Source: Rickettsiales bacterium | GTDB taxonomy: Bacteria; Pseudomonadota; Alphaproteobacteria; Rickettsiales; JABSSG01 | Reading direction: 5' to 3' | Length of the DNA stretch: 64,000 nt | Assembly (NCBI GenBank): GCA_018062985.1 | Contig: JAGORE010000002.1 | Span: forward strand, 9,571-73,570 | Part shown: piece after piece, positions 42,377 through 51,598 of the stretch | Layout: each line of letters begins with the position of its first letter | Position numbering within the stretch: position 1 is the stretch's first letter | The notes under the pieces: model-generated | What the model was told of the DNA's origin: nothing | What the model saw: the letters and a program-made list of their open reading frames with translations, nothing else | Database searches by the model: none | Program-made: the position numbers and the translations under genes

Positions 42377-42946
42377 TTACATTGATGGTAATGTTACGCC
42401 GCGCTGCTTCATGTATTTCCCGGCTTTATCTAAATAAGAAGTTAAGCATTGCTTATCTCCTTTTAAGAAAATAAACTGACAAGCACCCTCATTAGCATAA
42501 ATCTTGGCTGGCAATGGAGTTGTATTTGAAAATTCTAAAGTTACATGGCCTTCCCACTCTGGTTCTAAAGGAGTAACATTAACTATAATACCACAGCGTG
42601 CGTAAGTTGATTTGCCAACACAAATAACCAATACATCTCGTGGAATCCTAAAATATTCTACGGTTCTAGCCAAAGCAAAACTATTTGGAGGAATAGTGCA
42701 AACTGGCCCAGAGCGGTCAACAAAACTATGGCTAACAAAATCTTTAGGATCAACAACCGCAGAATCTATATTAGTAAAAATCTTAAATTCATCTGCAACT
42801 CTTGCATCATAACCATAAGAAGATAAACCATAAGAAATTATTTTATGATCATCTTTTGTATAGCGAACCTGAGATTCCTCAAAAGGCTCGATCATATTAT
42901 GTTTTTTTACTAACTCCACAATTGTAATATCAGACAAAACACTCAT
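42377..42946 (-). CDS. dcd: dCTP deaminase
   Basis: 189 aa. SYGYDARV..., [30 protein letters not shown]. Confidence 0.92.
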   Translation of the reverse strand: MSVLSDITIVELVKKHNMIEPFEESQVRYTKDDHKIISYGLSSYGYDARVADEFKIFTNIDSAVVDPKDFVSHSFVDRSGPVCTIPPNSFALARTVEYFRIPRDVLVICVGKSTYARCGIIVNVTPLEPEWEGHVTLEFSNTTPLPAKIYANEGACQFIFLKGDKQCLTSYLDKAGKYMKQRGVTLPSM

Positions 42947-42976
42947 TAATATTCCCTTATTTTTTATTACTTAAAT

Positions 42977-43150
42977 CTATAAAGAATACAGAACCCGGTC
43001 AATGAGATTTCAAAGAGAACTATGTTTTTTTTCGTTTGTAAGTTTCTTGTGACCTTGTTGTTTTCTTCTAGCCATATTCTGTTTTAATAGATCAGCTCTG
43101 TGTTCTGGTGTTTTATAATGTGGTTTTTTACTTTTTTTATCTTCTAACAT
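42977..43150 (-). CDS. possible 57-aa basic protein upstream of dcd (speculative)
   Basis: Hand translation gives MLEDKKSKKPHYKTPEHRADLLKQNMARRKQQGHKKLTNEKNIVLFEISLDRVLYSL. Below the track cutoff, and I recognise no family. Confidence 0.2.
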
Positions 43151-43235
43151 AATAAAATGATTGAATTAAAGCATAACAAATATATAAATTATCTACTATA
43201 TAGATGCAACTGTTTAAAAATCATCATATGTTTTA

Positions 43236-43310
43236 GCCGCCATAGCTCAGTGGTAGAGCGCATCATTGGTAATGATGAGGTCGCAAGTCCGATTCTTGCT
43301 GGCGGCACCA
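43236..43310 (+). tRNA. tRNA-Thr (anticodon GGU), CCA encoded
   Basis: GCCGCCATAGCTCAGTGGTAGAGCGCATCATTGGTAATGATGAGGTCGCAAGTCCGATTCTTGCTGGCGGCACCA. Anticodon stem CATCA/TGATG, loop TTGGTAA. Confidence 0.93.
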
Positions 43311-43621
43311 TACTAGCAGCCACTTGCTTCCATCAACTTATTTTTGATAATTCCTTTCTCCACATGCCCTATAAATGATATAAACAATGTTATAGCTCTT
43401 TATATATCAATATATCGAAAAAACTAAGATTGCTTAGAGTTGGCTAAGTCCAAAACAGGTGAGTTTTGTTATGTTTATCGTATAAATAGTGTGTCCATAG
43501 TTCAGTTGATAGATATTTTTAATGGAAATCAAAACCATCGGTTCAATTAAGTTCTACCAAAACTAAGTGTATCTTTATTAAAAATATTTTAAGATTACTT
43601 AATAATTAATAAAAAGTATAT

Positions 43622-44077
43622 GTGACAAGTTACTTAACGCTAGAAGATTTTCCTGCAGTAAAAAAAGTAAAAGAAGCTAACCATGCCTGTGAAAAAAATG
43701 CATTACAATCATTCACAACGAATGACTATCTTGCACAAGCATTATGCACCGGGATTCAAACAGAAAATTTATCTTCTCCAGAAGTACAAAATGTTTTTAG
43801 CGCTCTGTATCAATGTAATATTCAGCATTTGACTGAATTTTTCGATGTATCCAGAGATACAACTGGAACACCTCACACACACATGAAAAAACCTATGGAT
43901 ACTGCTAGATCTTACTCTTTTTATACCACTTATGCCAATGGTGAAACAATTAGCAAAGAACATGTTTCTGAGTCATTTTCCTCGCTATACCATAAACTAG
44001 ATGACCAGCAAGATGCTGAAATGCATGGCATGATTAAAGATCTATGTGCAAATTTTGGAATACATGTAGAGTTATAA
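43622..44077 (+). CDS. 151-aa hypothetical protein (orphan)
   Basis: ORF with a GTG start. No recognisable motif, signal peptide or TM segment. Followed by a hairpin terminator. Confidence 0.45.
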   Translation: MTSYLTLEDFPAVKKVKEANHACEKNALQSFTTNDYLAQALCTGIQTENLSSPEVQNVFSALYQCNIQHLTEFFDVSRDTTGTPHTHMKKPMDTARSYSFYTTYANGETISKEHVSESFSSLYHKLDDQQDAEMHGMIKDLCANFGIHVEL

Positions 44078-44092
44078 TATTAGATATAATAG

Positions 44093-44121
44093 GAAAGTGG
44101 GTCTTGTATTATCCACTTTTC
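44093..44121 (+). terminator. candidate rho-independent terminator after orphan ORF
   Basis: Stem AAAGTGG(44094-44100)/CCACTTT(44113-19), 12-nt loop, T-run. Confidence 0.4.
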
Positions 44122-44237
44122 TATGTTGCATTGCAATGCTTCTTTAAAAAATCTAAATACTTTATTATTTGCTTAAAAAATTATTTGGATATTTTTTGTG
44201 TCAAACTAATTTCTAACCACCAAGTTAAAGTTTTAAA

Positions 44238-44765
44238 TCAGTTAATTTCATCTACCTCCCACAGACCACTCTCTGCAACAAAAGAAGTACTGCCTAGGTT
44301 TTCTCTACTATTATCTAATCTCATTACTGGTGAAAAGCTATCAGGCTCTTCGGGAATAACATCTACAACTTCTACTACTAACCCTGGGTTGTTATGGCGA
44401 TAAAAAAGATTAAAAAGCTCTAATACCTCTCTGCATAATTGTGAGTCAGGTTGAAGATTGACATCCAAATATTGAACTCTTCTAGCTAACTGATCTGCTC
44501 TTTCGTTTTCATAAGCCATAAACAAAGGGTTGGCACCATAGTATAGTAAGATACCTACAAAATGAAGTGGATTTAATCTATTATGTACAGCAATATGTAG
44601 TAAGGTTGTACCTTCGATCTCAAAATTAAGATCTATTCCTCTGTTTTGTGGTCGGGCTAAAAACTCTTCTAAAGCTTGATAGTCAGAGAATACAACCATG
44701 CTATACAGCAGTTCCTGTGTTTCATTAGGCATAAATTCCTCTTGTAATGCAAAGAAAAATATCAT
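44238..44765 (-). CDS. ankyrin-repeat protein (small, cytoplasmic-type N-terminus)
   Basis: GTTLLHIAVHNRLNPLHFVGILLYYGANPLF matches the ANK consensus (G-TPLH-A......v..LL..GA-). The start may instead be MPNETQ at 44732. Confidence 0.6.
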   Translation of the reverse strand: MIFFFALQEEFMPNETQELLYSMVVFSDYQALEEFLARPQNRGIDLNFEIEGTTLLHIAVHNRLNPLHFVGILLYYGANPLFMAYENERADQLARRVQYLDVNLQPDSQLCREVLELFNLFYRHNNPGLVVEVVDVIPEEPDSFSPVMRLDNSRENLGSTSFVAESGLWEVDEIN

Positions 44766-44923
44766 CTTTCATCAAAACCTACAAGCCCTTCTTTTTCATA
44801 AAACTTTATTTTATTTACTTTTATTTAACAATACCAGAATATGAAGTAAAAAAGCATTGACAGCAACATCACAATGCGAGAACATTATAAGTATAGAGGT
44901 ATAGCTTTACAAGCAGGGGGAAT

Positions 44924-45835
44924 ATGTCAAAGTTAGATTTTTTGATAGAAAGATGCAAATCTTTAGGAAGAATCACGGCCGCTATTGTAGATCCCCGTTC
45001 AGACGTGGCACTTACTGGCGCACTTACATCTTATGAGCATGGTATCTTAAACCCTGTCTTAGTAGGACCAAAAGCTGAAATAAAAAAAATCGCTAAGGAA
45101 AATAATATTAATATTGAACGCTTGAAAATTGTTGATGCAGAGAATGAGATAGAGGCAGCAGCAAAATCAGCTCAACTAGCTAGCACTGGAGAAGTGCACT
45201 GTTTGGTTAAAGGTAGCTTACATACAGATATCATGATGCATGCGGTGCTTCAACCAGAATATAATTTACGCACCACTAATTTAATTAGCTCATGTGGACT
45301 ACTTGATGTTCCAAGTTACAATAGACTTATCTTCCTGACAGACATGGTAATGAATATCCTACCAACGCTAGATCAAAAAGTTCACATCATTAATAATGCT
45401 GTTGAAATGGCGATAGCTCTTGGTTGGAGTATGCCTAAAGTATCGATAGTATCTGCGGTAGAAACTATTAACCCCAAGATACAAACCACTTTAGATGCTG
45501 CCGTCTTATCAAAAATGGCAGATCGTGGACAAATTAAAAACTGTGTTATTGACGGCCCTATAGATTTAGACATTTCTATATCACCTCAATCAGCAAAAAC
45601 AAAACACTTTAAATCTCAAATTATGGGCAATGCTGATATATTATTATTACCAGATTTAGAAGCAGCAAATATCATGTATAAAACTCTTGTATTCATGGCT
45701 AATGCCACTGCAGCAGACGTGATTTTAGGTGCCAAGATTCCAATAGTAGTAACAAGCCGTTCAGATGACGAAAAAACTCGTTTATTATCAGACGCGGCGG
45801 CGGCATTAATTGCACATAGCAAGGTTAAGGCATGA
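44924..45835 (+). CDS. phosphate acetyl/butyryl-transferase (short PTA_PTB-only form)
   Basis: 303 aa. ...AAIVDPRSDVALTGAL...NPVLVGPKAEI...LVKGSLHTD..., ILLLPDLEAANIMYK, VVTSRSDD. Strong RBS GCAGGGGGAATATG. Confidence 0.8.
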   Translation: MSKLDFLIERCKSLGRITAAIVDPRSDVALTGALTSYEHGILNPVLVGPKAEIKKIAKENNINIERLKIVDAENEIEAAAKSAQLASTGEVHCLVKGSLHTDIMMHAVLQPEYNLRTTNLISSCGLLDVPSYNRLIFLTDMVMNILPTLDQKVHIINNAVEMAIALGWSMPKVSIVSAVETINPKIQTTLDAAVLSKMADRGQIKNCVIDGPIDLDISISPQSAKTKHFKSQIMGNADILLLPDLEAANIMYKTLVFMANATAADVILGAKIPIVVTSRSDDEKTRLLSDAAAALIAHSKVKA

Positions 45836-47031
45836 GCACAGGAATCATCATTCTAAATCTAGGTTCGACAAGTCTCAAATTTTCTTTATTTGAAGTAAAA
45901 AATTCTGAACTCTTAAAAGTGGCAACAGGAGGGTTTACTGGCATACCTTCAAGTGTTACAATGGTGCTAAAAGATGCGCAAGGCAATGTCTTACAAAACC
46001 CTGATTTTGATGTAAAACAAAACATTACACATGAGCTCGCCTTAAGCTTATTGATAAAAACACTACAAAGTAAATTCTCATCTTTAAATATAGATTATGC
46101 TGGTCATAGAATAGTTTTTGGCGGCGAGAAATACACAAAAGCGATACGATTAGACAATGATAGTTTAGACTATCTAGAAAGTTTAAGTAAAATTGAGCCA
46201 ACACATCAATATTATGAAGTGATGGGAGCTAGAATTGTAGCCAAAGCCTTTCCTAAAATAAAACAAAGCGCAACTTTTGATACATCTTTCCATAGAACGA
46301 TGCCAGAAGTAGTGGAGTTTTACCCTGTACCCCAATCCATAACAGCTAAAGGTGTCCGCCATTGGGGATTTCACGGCATTTCCTATGATTACATCAGTCG
46401 GCAAGTAGCCAAAATAATTCCCGACGCCAGAAGAGTCATAGTAGCCCACTTAGGTGGCGGAGCAAGTTTATGTGCCTTACTAGACGGAAAGAGCATCGAT
46501 ACAACAATGCAGTTTGGTGCAATTACTGGTCCACCAATGGCTACACGCTCAGGTGATTTTCCTGTTGATGCAGCTTTTTATCTAATAAAACAATGTGGAT
46601 ACACAGCAGAATCATTAGAAGCAGAGCTAGAAAAACACAGCGGTTTATTGGGCGCCTCTGGTGGCCTATCTGATAACATGCATATACTAGAAGAAAGCAC
46701 AGATGTGAATGCTAAAAAAGCCTTGGCTTATTTCGACTATGCAGTCTTAAAATACATAGGATCTTATACCGCAATTTTAGGTGGTTTAGATGCTTTAGTG
46801 TTCACGGCTGGTATTGGCGAAAATGATTTTAATTTCCGTGAACGTATTTGTAAAAAACTTAAGTATTGCGGCATCGAAATCGATGAAATAGAAAATAAAA
46901 AAGCTGTTGGCATCACAAAAAAGATTAGCACACCTAAATCTAGTGCTTCTGTATATGTCATTCCAACTAACGAAGAACTCATGATAGCACTCAATGTAGT
47001 AGAGCTATTTAATTTGATAAAAAAGGAATAA
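45832..47031 (+). CDS. ackA: acetate/propionate/butyrate-family kinase
   Basis: IIILNLGSTSLKFSLF, GHRIVFGG, WGFHGISY, VAHLGGGASL, LVFTAGIGEN, IPTNEEL. ATGA start/stop overlap with the preceding gene. Confidence 0.88.
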   Translation: MSTGIIILNLGSTSLKFSLFEVKNSELLKVATGGFTGIPSSVTMVLKDAQGNVLQNPDFDVKQNITHELALSLLIKTLQSKFSSLNIDYAGHRIVFGGEKYTKAIRLDNDSLDYLESLSKIEPTHQYYEVMGARIVAKAFPKIKQSATFDTSFHRTMPEVVEFYPVPQSITAKGVRHWGFHGISYDYISRQVAKIIPDARRVIVAHLGGGASLCALLDGKSIDTTMQFGAITGPPMATRSGDFPVDAAFYLIKQCGYTAESLEAELEKHSGLLGASGGLSDNMHILEESTDVNAKKALAYFDYAVLKYIGSYTAILGGLDALVFTAGIGENDFNFRERICKKLKYCGIEIDEIENKKAVGITKKISTPKSSASVYVIPTNEELMIALNVVELFNLIKKE

Positions 47032-47036
47032 TTACC

Positions 47037-49178
47037 ATGTTATACCCATTCTTAAACCAATCTCTAACAGCTATGAATAAGCAATTCTCTGATTACATAG
47101 CTGATTTCAACCAGCGCTGCATTCTTTACACTGACGTAATGAGACAACGTGGTAACAAACAAATTGATATCACCAATCATAAAGGTACAACCGTACTGAG
47201 TTTTGAATTTGAAGTGATATTAGATGGCTTAACCTTCGAGAGACCAATTAACTACTGGTTAGCAAAAATAAAAGCCCCTGCAGGGGTGGTAACTAATGAC
47301 AAAAAACGTCCTTTTGTTATACAAGATCCTCGAGCCGGTCAAGGACCCGGTATCGGTGGAATGAAAAAAGATAGCGAAATAGGAGATGCATTACGCAATG
47401 GACATCCAGTATATTTTGTTGGCTTCAATAACACTCCAGTTGAAGGACAGACATTTGAAGACATTATAAGTGGACAACTGAATTTCTATCTACAGATTGC
47501 AGAGATACATAAAGACAGTCCAAAAATGTGTGCAATTGGCAATTGTGCGGCTGGATACTTAACCATGTTTAGCGCTATGCAACGCCCAGATATTTTTGGT
47601 CCAATTATTATCGCTGGCTCACCACTCTCTTACTGGAATGGAGTACGTGGTACTAATCCAATGCGCTATAGTGGTGGCTTATGTGGAGGATCTTGGATTC
47701 TATCATTGCTTGGTGATATTGGCGGAGGAAAATTCGATGGATCTTATTTAATCGAAAATTTTAATAATCTAAACCCAGCTAACACCTTATGGTCAAAACA
47801 ATACAACTTATTTGCTGCTATTGATACAGAAGCAGAAAGATATTTAGAGTTCGAAAAATGGTGGGGAGACTTTATTCAGTTTAATACTGAAGAGATAAAA
47901 TGGTTAGTTGACAACCTGTTTGTAGGAAACAAACTAACTACAGGCCGCCTGATTACAAAAAGCGGTATAGTGCTAGATCCAAGAGCTATAACCTCGCCAA
48001 TCATTACCTTTGTTTCCAGCGGAGATAATATTAGCCCCCCTGCACAATCTGCAGGATGGATCGCAGATTTATATCATGACGAAGATGAGATTCGTCAAAG
48101 CGGCAAAACAATAATTTACTGTCTAAATCATAAAGTAGGACATCTGGCAATTTTTACCGCTAGCAAAGTTGGTAAAAGAGAAAATGAGGCATTTGTAGAA
48201 AATATAGACTCAATGGACATAATGTCACCAGGACTATATGAATTAGTCATTGATACACCAGATGACCAGAAAGACATAGGGAAAATAAAATCACATTATG
48301 AACCTCGCACTATTAAAGATATAAAAGCCCTAGGTTGGAATACTTGCGATGATGATCGCGCCTTTGCAACTGTTGCAAAAGCTTCAGAAACAATGAGTAA
48401 TATCTATGATCTGATGTTTCATCCGGTATTCAAAACTTTTTCGTGTTCAAGAGTAGCAGATACAATGAAAAATATGTTACCTCTACACCTTAGTTATACT
48501 TTATTTGCCGATGCTTATAATCCGTGGTTAAAGTTTGTATCCGAAATGAGTAATTCAGTAAAACAGGCTCGCGCCCAAATTGTACCAGATAATTACTTTT
48601 TAAAGCTACAACAACAATATTCAGATGAAATCATAAAGTTCTTGCAATCTTATTCGCAAAACCTCTCTTTAAATCAAGAAAGAATATTCTTTGATCTTTG
48701 GACAAATCCTATAATACAAAAATTATTGGGAACAGACAAAGAAAAACCACGTCTTACTCCTTCCATGATTCAAGCAGGACGTAATTTTATTATTCAAAAT
48801 ACATTACACCGCATTAAAGCAAATCTTGTCGTGACAAATAATGTACAAGCACTTTATAGAATAGTCCGTCTGATTATTGAATTCCGCAAAAATAAGATTA
48901 TTCCAGAACTACTAGTACGCACTTTAGTAGCTGAAGCAAAAAAAATGGAGCCTACATGGAGCGACAATCAAATTCATGAAATTATTCGTGACCAAGCTCT
49001 TGTAGTTTCACATGATCCTGAGGCTGCAATATTAGCACTCAAGAATTACTTCAACCAAAATAAAAATGGCATAGCAGTCATGACTGTTATTAGTGAAATA
49101 AGCGATAAGCTCGGTGGAGTAAGTCAACAAGATGTCAAAGAAGCTGTGAATGAGTTAATAAAGAAATTAGGTCTTTAG
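47037..49178 (+). CDS. DUF3141-family alpha/beta-hydrolase-fold protein (function unknown)
   Basis: 713 aa. DVMRQRGN, RPFVIQDPRAGQGPGIGGMKKDSEIG, HPVYFVGF, IGNCAAGY, AGSPLSYWNGVRGTNPMRYSGGL, NLNPANTLW, DTEAERYLEFEKWWG, FVGNKLTTG, SSGDNISPPAQSAGWI and GHLAIFTASKV match my memory of DUF3141 proteins. Confidence 0.75.
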   Translation: MLYPFLNQSLTAMNKQFSDYIADFNQRCILYTDVMRQRGNKQIDITNHKGTTVLSFEFEVILDGLTFERPINYWLAKIKAPAGVVTNDKKRPFVIQDPRAGQGPGIGGMKKDSEIGDALRNGHPVYFVGFNNTPVEGQTFEDIISGQLNFYLQIAEIHKDSPKMCAIGNCAAGYLTMFSAMQRPDIFGPIIIAGSPLSYWNGVRGTNPMRYSGGLCGGSWILSLLGDIGGGKFDGSYLIENFNNLNPANTLWSKQYNLFAAIDTEAERYLEFEKWWGDFIQFNTEEIKWLVDNLFVGNKLTTGRLITKSGIVLDPRAITSPIITFVSSGDNISPPAQSAGWIADLYHDEDEIRQSGKTIIYCLNHKVGHLAIFTASKVGKRENEAFVENIDSMDIMSPGLYELVIDTPDDQKDIGKIKSHYEPRTIKDIKALGWNTCDDDRAFATVAKASETMSNIYDLMFHPVFKTFSCSRVADTMKNMLPLHLSYTLFADAYNPWLKFVSEMSNSVKQARAQIVPDNYFLKLQQQYSDEIIKFLQSYSQNLSLNQERIFFDLWTNPIIQKLLGTDKEKPRLTPSMIQAGRNFIIQNTLHRIKANLVVTNNVQALYRIVRLIIEFRKNKIIPELLVRTLVAEAKKMEPTWSDNQIHEIIRDQALVVSHDPEAAILALKNYFNQNKNGIAVMTVISEISDKLGGVSQQDVKEAVNELIKKLGL

Positions 49179-49228
49179 CAAGTAAGATGAGAATGTAAAA
49201 ACTTACCTTGCGAAATATTTTATTTTTT
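49178..49228 (+). terminator. candidate terminator hairpin after the pta-ack-DUF3141 operon (overlaps nrdR 3' end)
   Basis: GCAAGTAAG(49178-86)/CTTACCTTGC(49202-11), a stem with one bulge, followed by GAAATATTTTATTTTTT. Confidence 0.35.
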
Positions 49229-49672
49229 CTCCAATTTACTAAGAAACTCTTCAAAATCTTTTGCTTCTGAAAAATCATGATATACAGAAGCAAATCTAAC
49301 ATAAGCAACTTGATCTAATTTTGCTAAAGCCATCATTACAGCTTCGCCAATCTTCTTGCTTTTCACTTCACTTTCGCCAGATTGTTCGATATCTTTAATA
49401 ATATTATCTACAAGCAATTCAATTTGATCATTATCAATATCCCTTTTGCGTACTGCTACATAAATAGCTTTTAATAATTTATCGCGATCAAACAACCGTT
49501 TATGACCATCTTTTTTGATAACTATTATTTCTCTATGCTCTATTCTTTCATGAGTAGTAAATCTAGAATCACATTTTGTACAATACCTACGACGCTTTAC
49601 AAAACGTCCATCGGCGCTTTGACGTGAGTCTTTTACTTGCGTATCATCAGTTAAACAAAATGGGCACCTCAT
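49220..49672 (-). CDS. nrdR: transcriptional repressor NrdR
   Basis: MRCPFCLTDDTQVKDSR...YCTKCDSRFTTHERIE zinc ribbon plus an ATP-cone. Confidence 0.93.
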   Translation of the reverse strand: MRCPFCLTDDTQVKDSRQSADGRFVKRRRYCTKCDSRFTTHERIEHREIIVIKKDGHKRLFDRDKLLKAIYVAVRKRDIDNDQIELLVDNIIKDIEQSGESEVKSKKIGEAVMMALAKLDQVAYVRFASVYHDFSEAKDFEEFLSKLEKK

Positions 49673-49686
49673 TCTAAACCTCTTCT

Positions 49687-50949
49687 CTAGTAAATTGGAT
49701 ATTTCTTACATAAATCTTGAACTCTACCTTTCACTTCTTGTTCGACACTACTGTTATCCGAACCTCTCTCTAAACCATCAAAAATATCAGAAATCAAATT
49801 GCCGATATATTCGAAATCTTTAGTATTAAGTCCCCTGCTAGTTAATGCTGGAGAACCTAGTCTAATCCCTGACGTAATAAACGGCGACCTCATTTCTCCT
49901 GGAACTGTATTTTTATTACAAGTAATACCAGCCCTATCCAAGCTTGCATCAGCATCTTTTCCTGTGAAATTCTTATCTTTTAAATCAACCAAGATTAAAT
50001 GACAATCTGTACCACCTGTCACCAACTTATATCCACGTGCTGTAATAGCCGCACCCAGAGCTTGTGCATTTTCTATAACGCTCTTAGAATAAACTTTAAA
50101 CTCTGGTAAAAGAGCCTCTTTAAAAGATACAGCTTTTGCTGCAATTATATTCATCAAAGGCCCACCTTGAATTCCAGGAAAAATTGCCGAATTAAGCTTT
50201 TTAAACAGCTCTTGATTGTTAGACAAAATCATTCCGCCTCTTGGGCCACGCAAAGTCTTATGAGTAGTAGTTGTAACGATATCAGCAAAATCAATAGGAG
50301 ATGGATAAAACCCAGAAGTAATTAAACCGGCATAATGAGCTATATCCGCTAGTAAATAAGCACCCACAGAGTCAGATATCTCTCTTGATCTTTTAAAGTC
50401 TATTTTTCTTGGATAAGCCGATGCTCCAACGATAATAAGCTTCGGTTTATGTTCTTTTGCAACCGCTGCAAATTTATCATAATCAATAAATCCAGTATCT
50501 GGATTTACACCATATTGTACCGCATTAAACCATCTCCCGGAAAGGTTAGGAGCTGCACCATGAGTGAGGTGACCACCTTCATTTAATGACATACCTAGTA
50601 TTGTATCACCAGGATTAAGCAAAGAAAAAAAGACTGCTTGATTTGCTTGAGAACCAGAATGTGGCTGTACATTAGCATATTCGCAATTAAATAAAAGCTT
50701 TGCACGCTCAATTGCCATTTCCTCGACTTCGTCAGCAAACTCACACCCACCATAATATCTTTTATTAGGATAACCTTCGGCATATTTATTTGTCAGCACA
50801 TTAGAAATAGCATCAAGCACTGCCTTACTCACTATATTTTCTGAAGCTATCAGTTCGAGAGTGTTTCTCTGCCTTTCTAACTCTCTTTCTAAAGAAGCAT
50901 GTATATCTGGATCAGTATCTCTAATGGTGTTTTCAAAAAATCGCTTCAT
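49687..50949 (-). CDS. glyA: serine hydroxymethyltransferase
   Basis: [26 protein letters not shown]-Lys context [14 protein letters not shown]. Confidence 0.96.
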   Translation of the reverse strand: MKRFFENTIRDTDPDIHASLERELERQRNTLELIASENIVSKAVLDAISNVLTNKYAEGYPNKRYYGGCEFADEVEEMAIERAKLLFNCEYANVQPHSGSQANQAVFFSLLNPGDTILGMSLNEGGHLTHGAAPNLSGRWFNAVQYGVNPDTGFIDYDKFAAVAKEHKPKLIIVGASAYPRKIDFKRSREISDSVGAYLLADIAHYAGLITSGFYPSPIDFADIVTTTTHKTLRGPRGGMILSNNQELFKKLNSAIFPGIQGGPLMNIIAAKAVSFKEALLPEFKVYSKSVIENAQALGAAITARGYKLVTGGTDCHLILVDLKDKNFTGKDADASLDRAGITCNKNTVPGEMRSPFITSGIRLGSPALTSRGLNTKDFEYIGNLISDIFDGLERGSDNSSVEQEVKGRVQDLCKKYPIY

Positions 50950-50953
50950 TCAT

Positions 50954-51598
50954 CTACTCAGTATAAAATTCTTTACCTATTTCTATCTTAGCTCGCCCTT
51001 TATTTTCACGCCACAAATTTGTATCTCTCAAAGAATATATACAACCACAATATTCTTGTTTATAGAAATTCTCGCGTTTTGAGATCTGATACATTCTTTC
51101 AGAGCCGCCATATTTACGCCAGTTATAATCCCAATATGACACATTCTCATATCTTGATGCTGCCCTGTGACCAGCCTCATTAATTTGGTCCATATCTTTC
51201 CATCTAGATAAGCCTAGACTAGTTGTAAAATATGAAAACCCATGTTCATAAGCATATAACGCCGTTCTTTCAAATCTCATATCAAAACACTTTGTGCATC
51301 TTTCGCCGCGCTCTGGTTCATTCTCAAGACCCTTGATTCTCTTGAACCAATCTTGAACATCATAATCTGCATCAATAAATTCTATATTATACTTTTTGGC
51401 ATATCTAATATTTTCATCTTTGCGAAGATTATATTCTTTTAAGGGATGAATATTAGGATTATAAAAAAATATCGTTAAACCTATGTTATTAGCAAGAATT
51501 TGCTCAATTAATTCACCAGAACAAGGGGCGCAGCAACTGTGCATTAAAACTTTAGCACTGGCATCAGGAATTGTTAACTCAACCTTTTTTTCTATCAT
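50954..51598 (-). CDS. queH: epoxyqueuosine reductase QueH (DUF208)
   Basis: [11 protein letters not shown]..., [27 protein letters not shown]. Confidence 0.8.
   Translation of the reverse strand: MIEKKVELTIPDASAKVLMHSCCAPCSGELIEQILANNIGLTIFFYNPNIHPLKEYNLRKDENIRYAKKYNIEFIDADYDVQDWFKRIKGLENEPERGERCTKCFDMRFERTALYAYEHGFSYFTTSLGLSRWKDMDQINEAGHRAASRYENVSYWDYNWRKYGGSERMYQISKRENFYKQEYCGCIYSLRDTNLWRENKGRAKIEIGKEFYTE

Noticed and set aside
43157-43378. Track ORFs overlapping tRNA genes: 43157..43378 over tRNA-Thr, 58787..59014 over tRNA-Cys, and the N-terminal part of 40288..40569 over tRNA-Ala.
   Set aside because: The reading frames run straight through canonical cloverleaf tRNAs. The 'conserved-looking' peptide segments are just translated tRNA sequence.
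44108-44116. Near-consensus DnaA boxes: TTATCCACT at 44108-44116 and GTGGATAAG at 10335-10343.
   Set aside because: These are single, isolated 8/9 matches with no clustering, no AT-rich unwinding element context and no hemE/dnaA-type neighbourhood. They are not an origin.
44128-44139. Perfect 12-nt palindrome GCATTGCAATGC between the convergent orphan and ankyrin genes.
   Set aside because: It is too short and loop-less to call a terminator or operator on its own. It is mentioned only as context in the tRNA-Thr patch finding.
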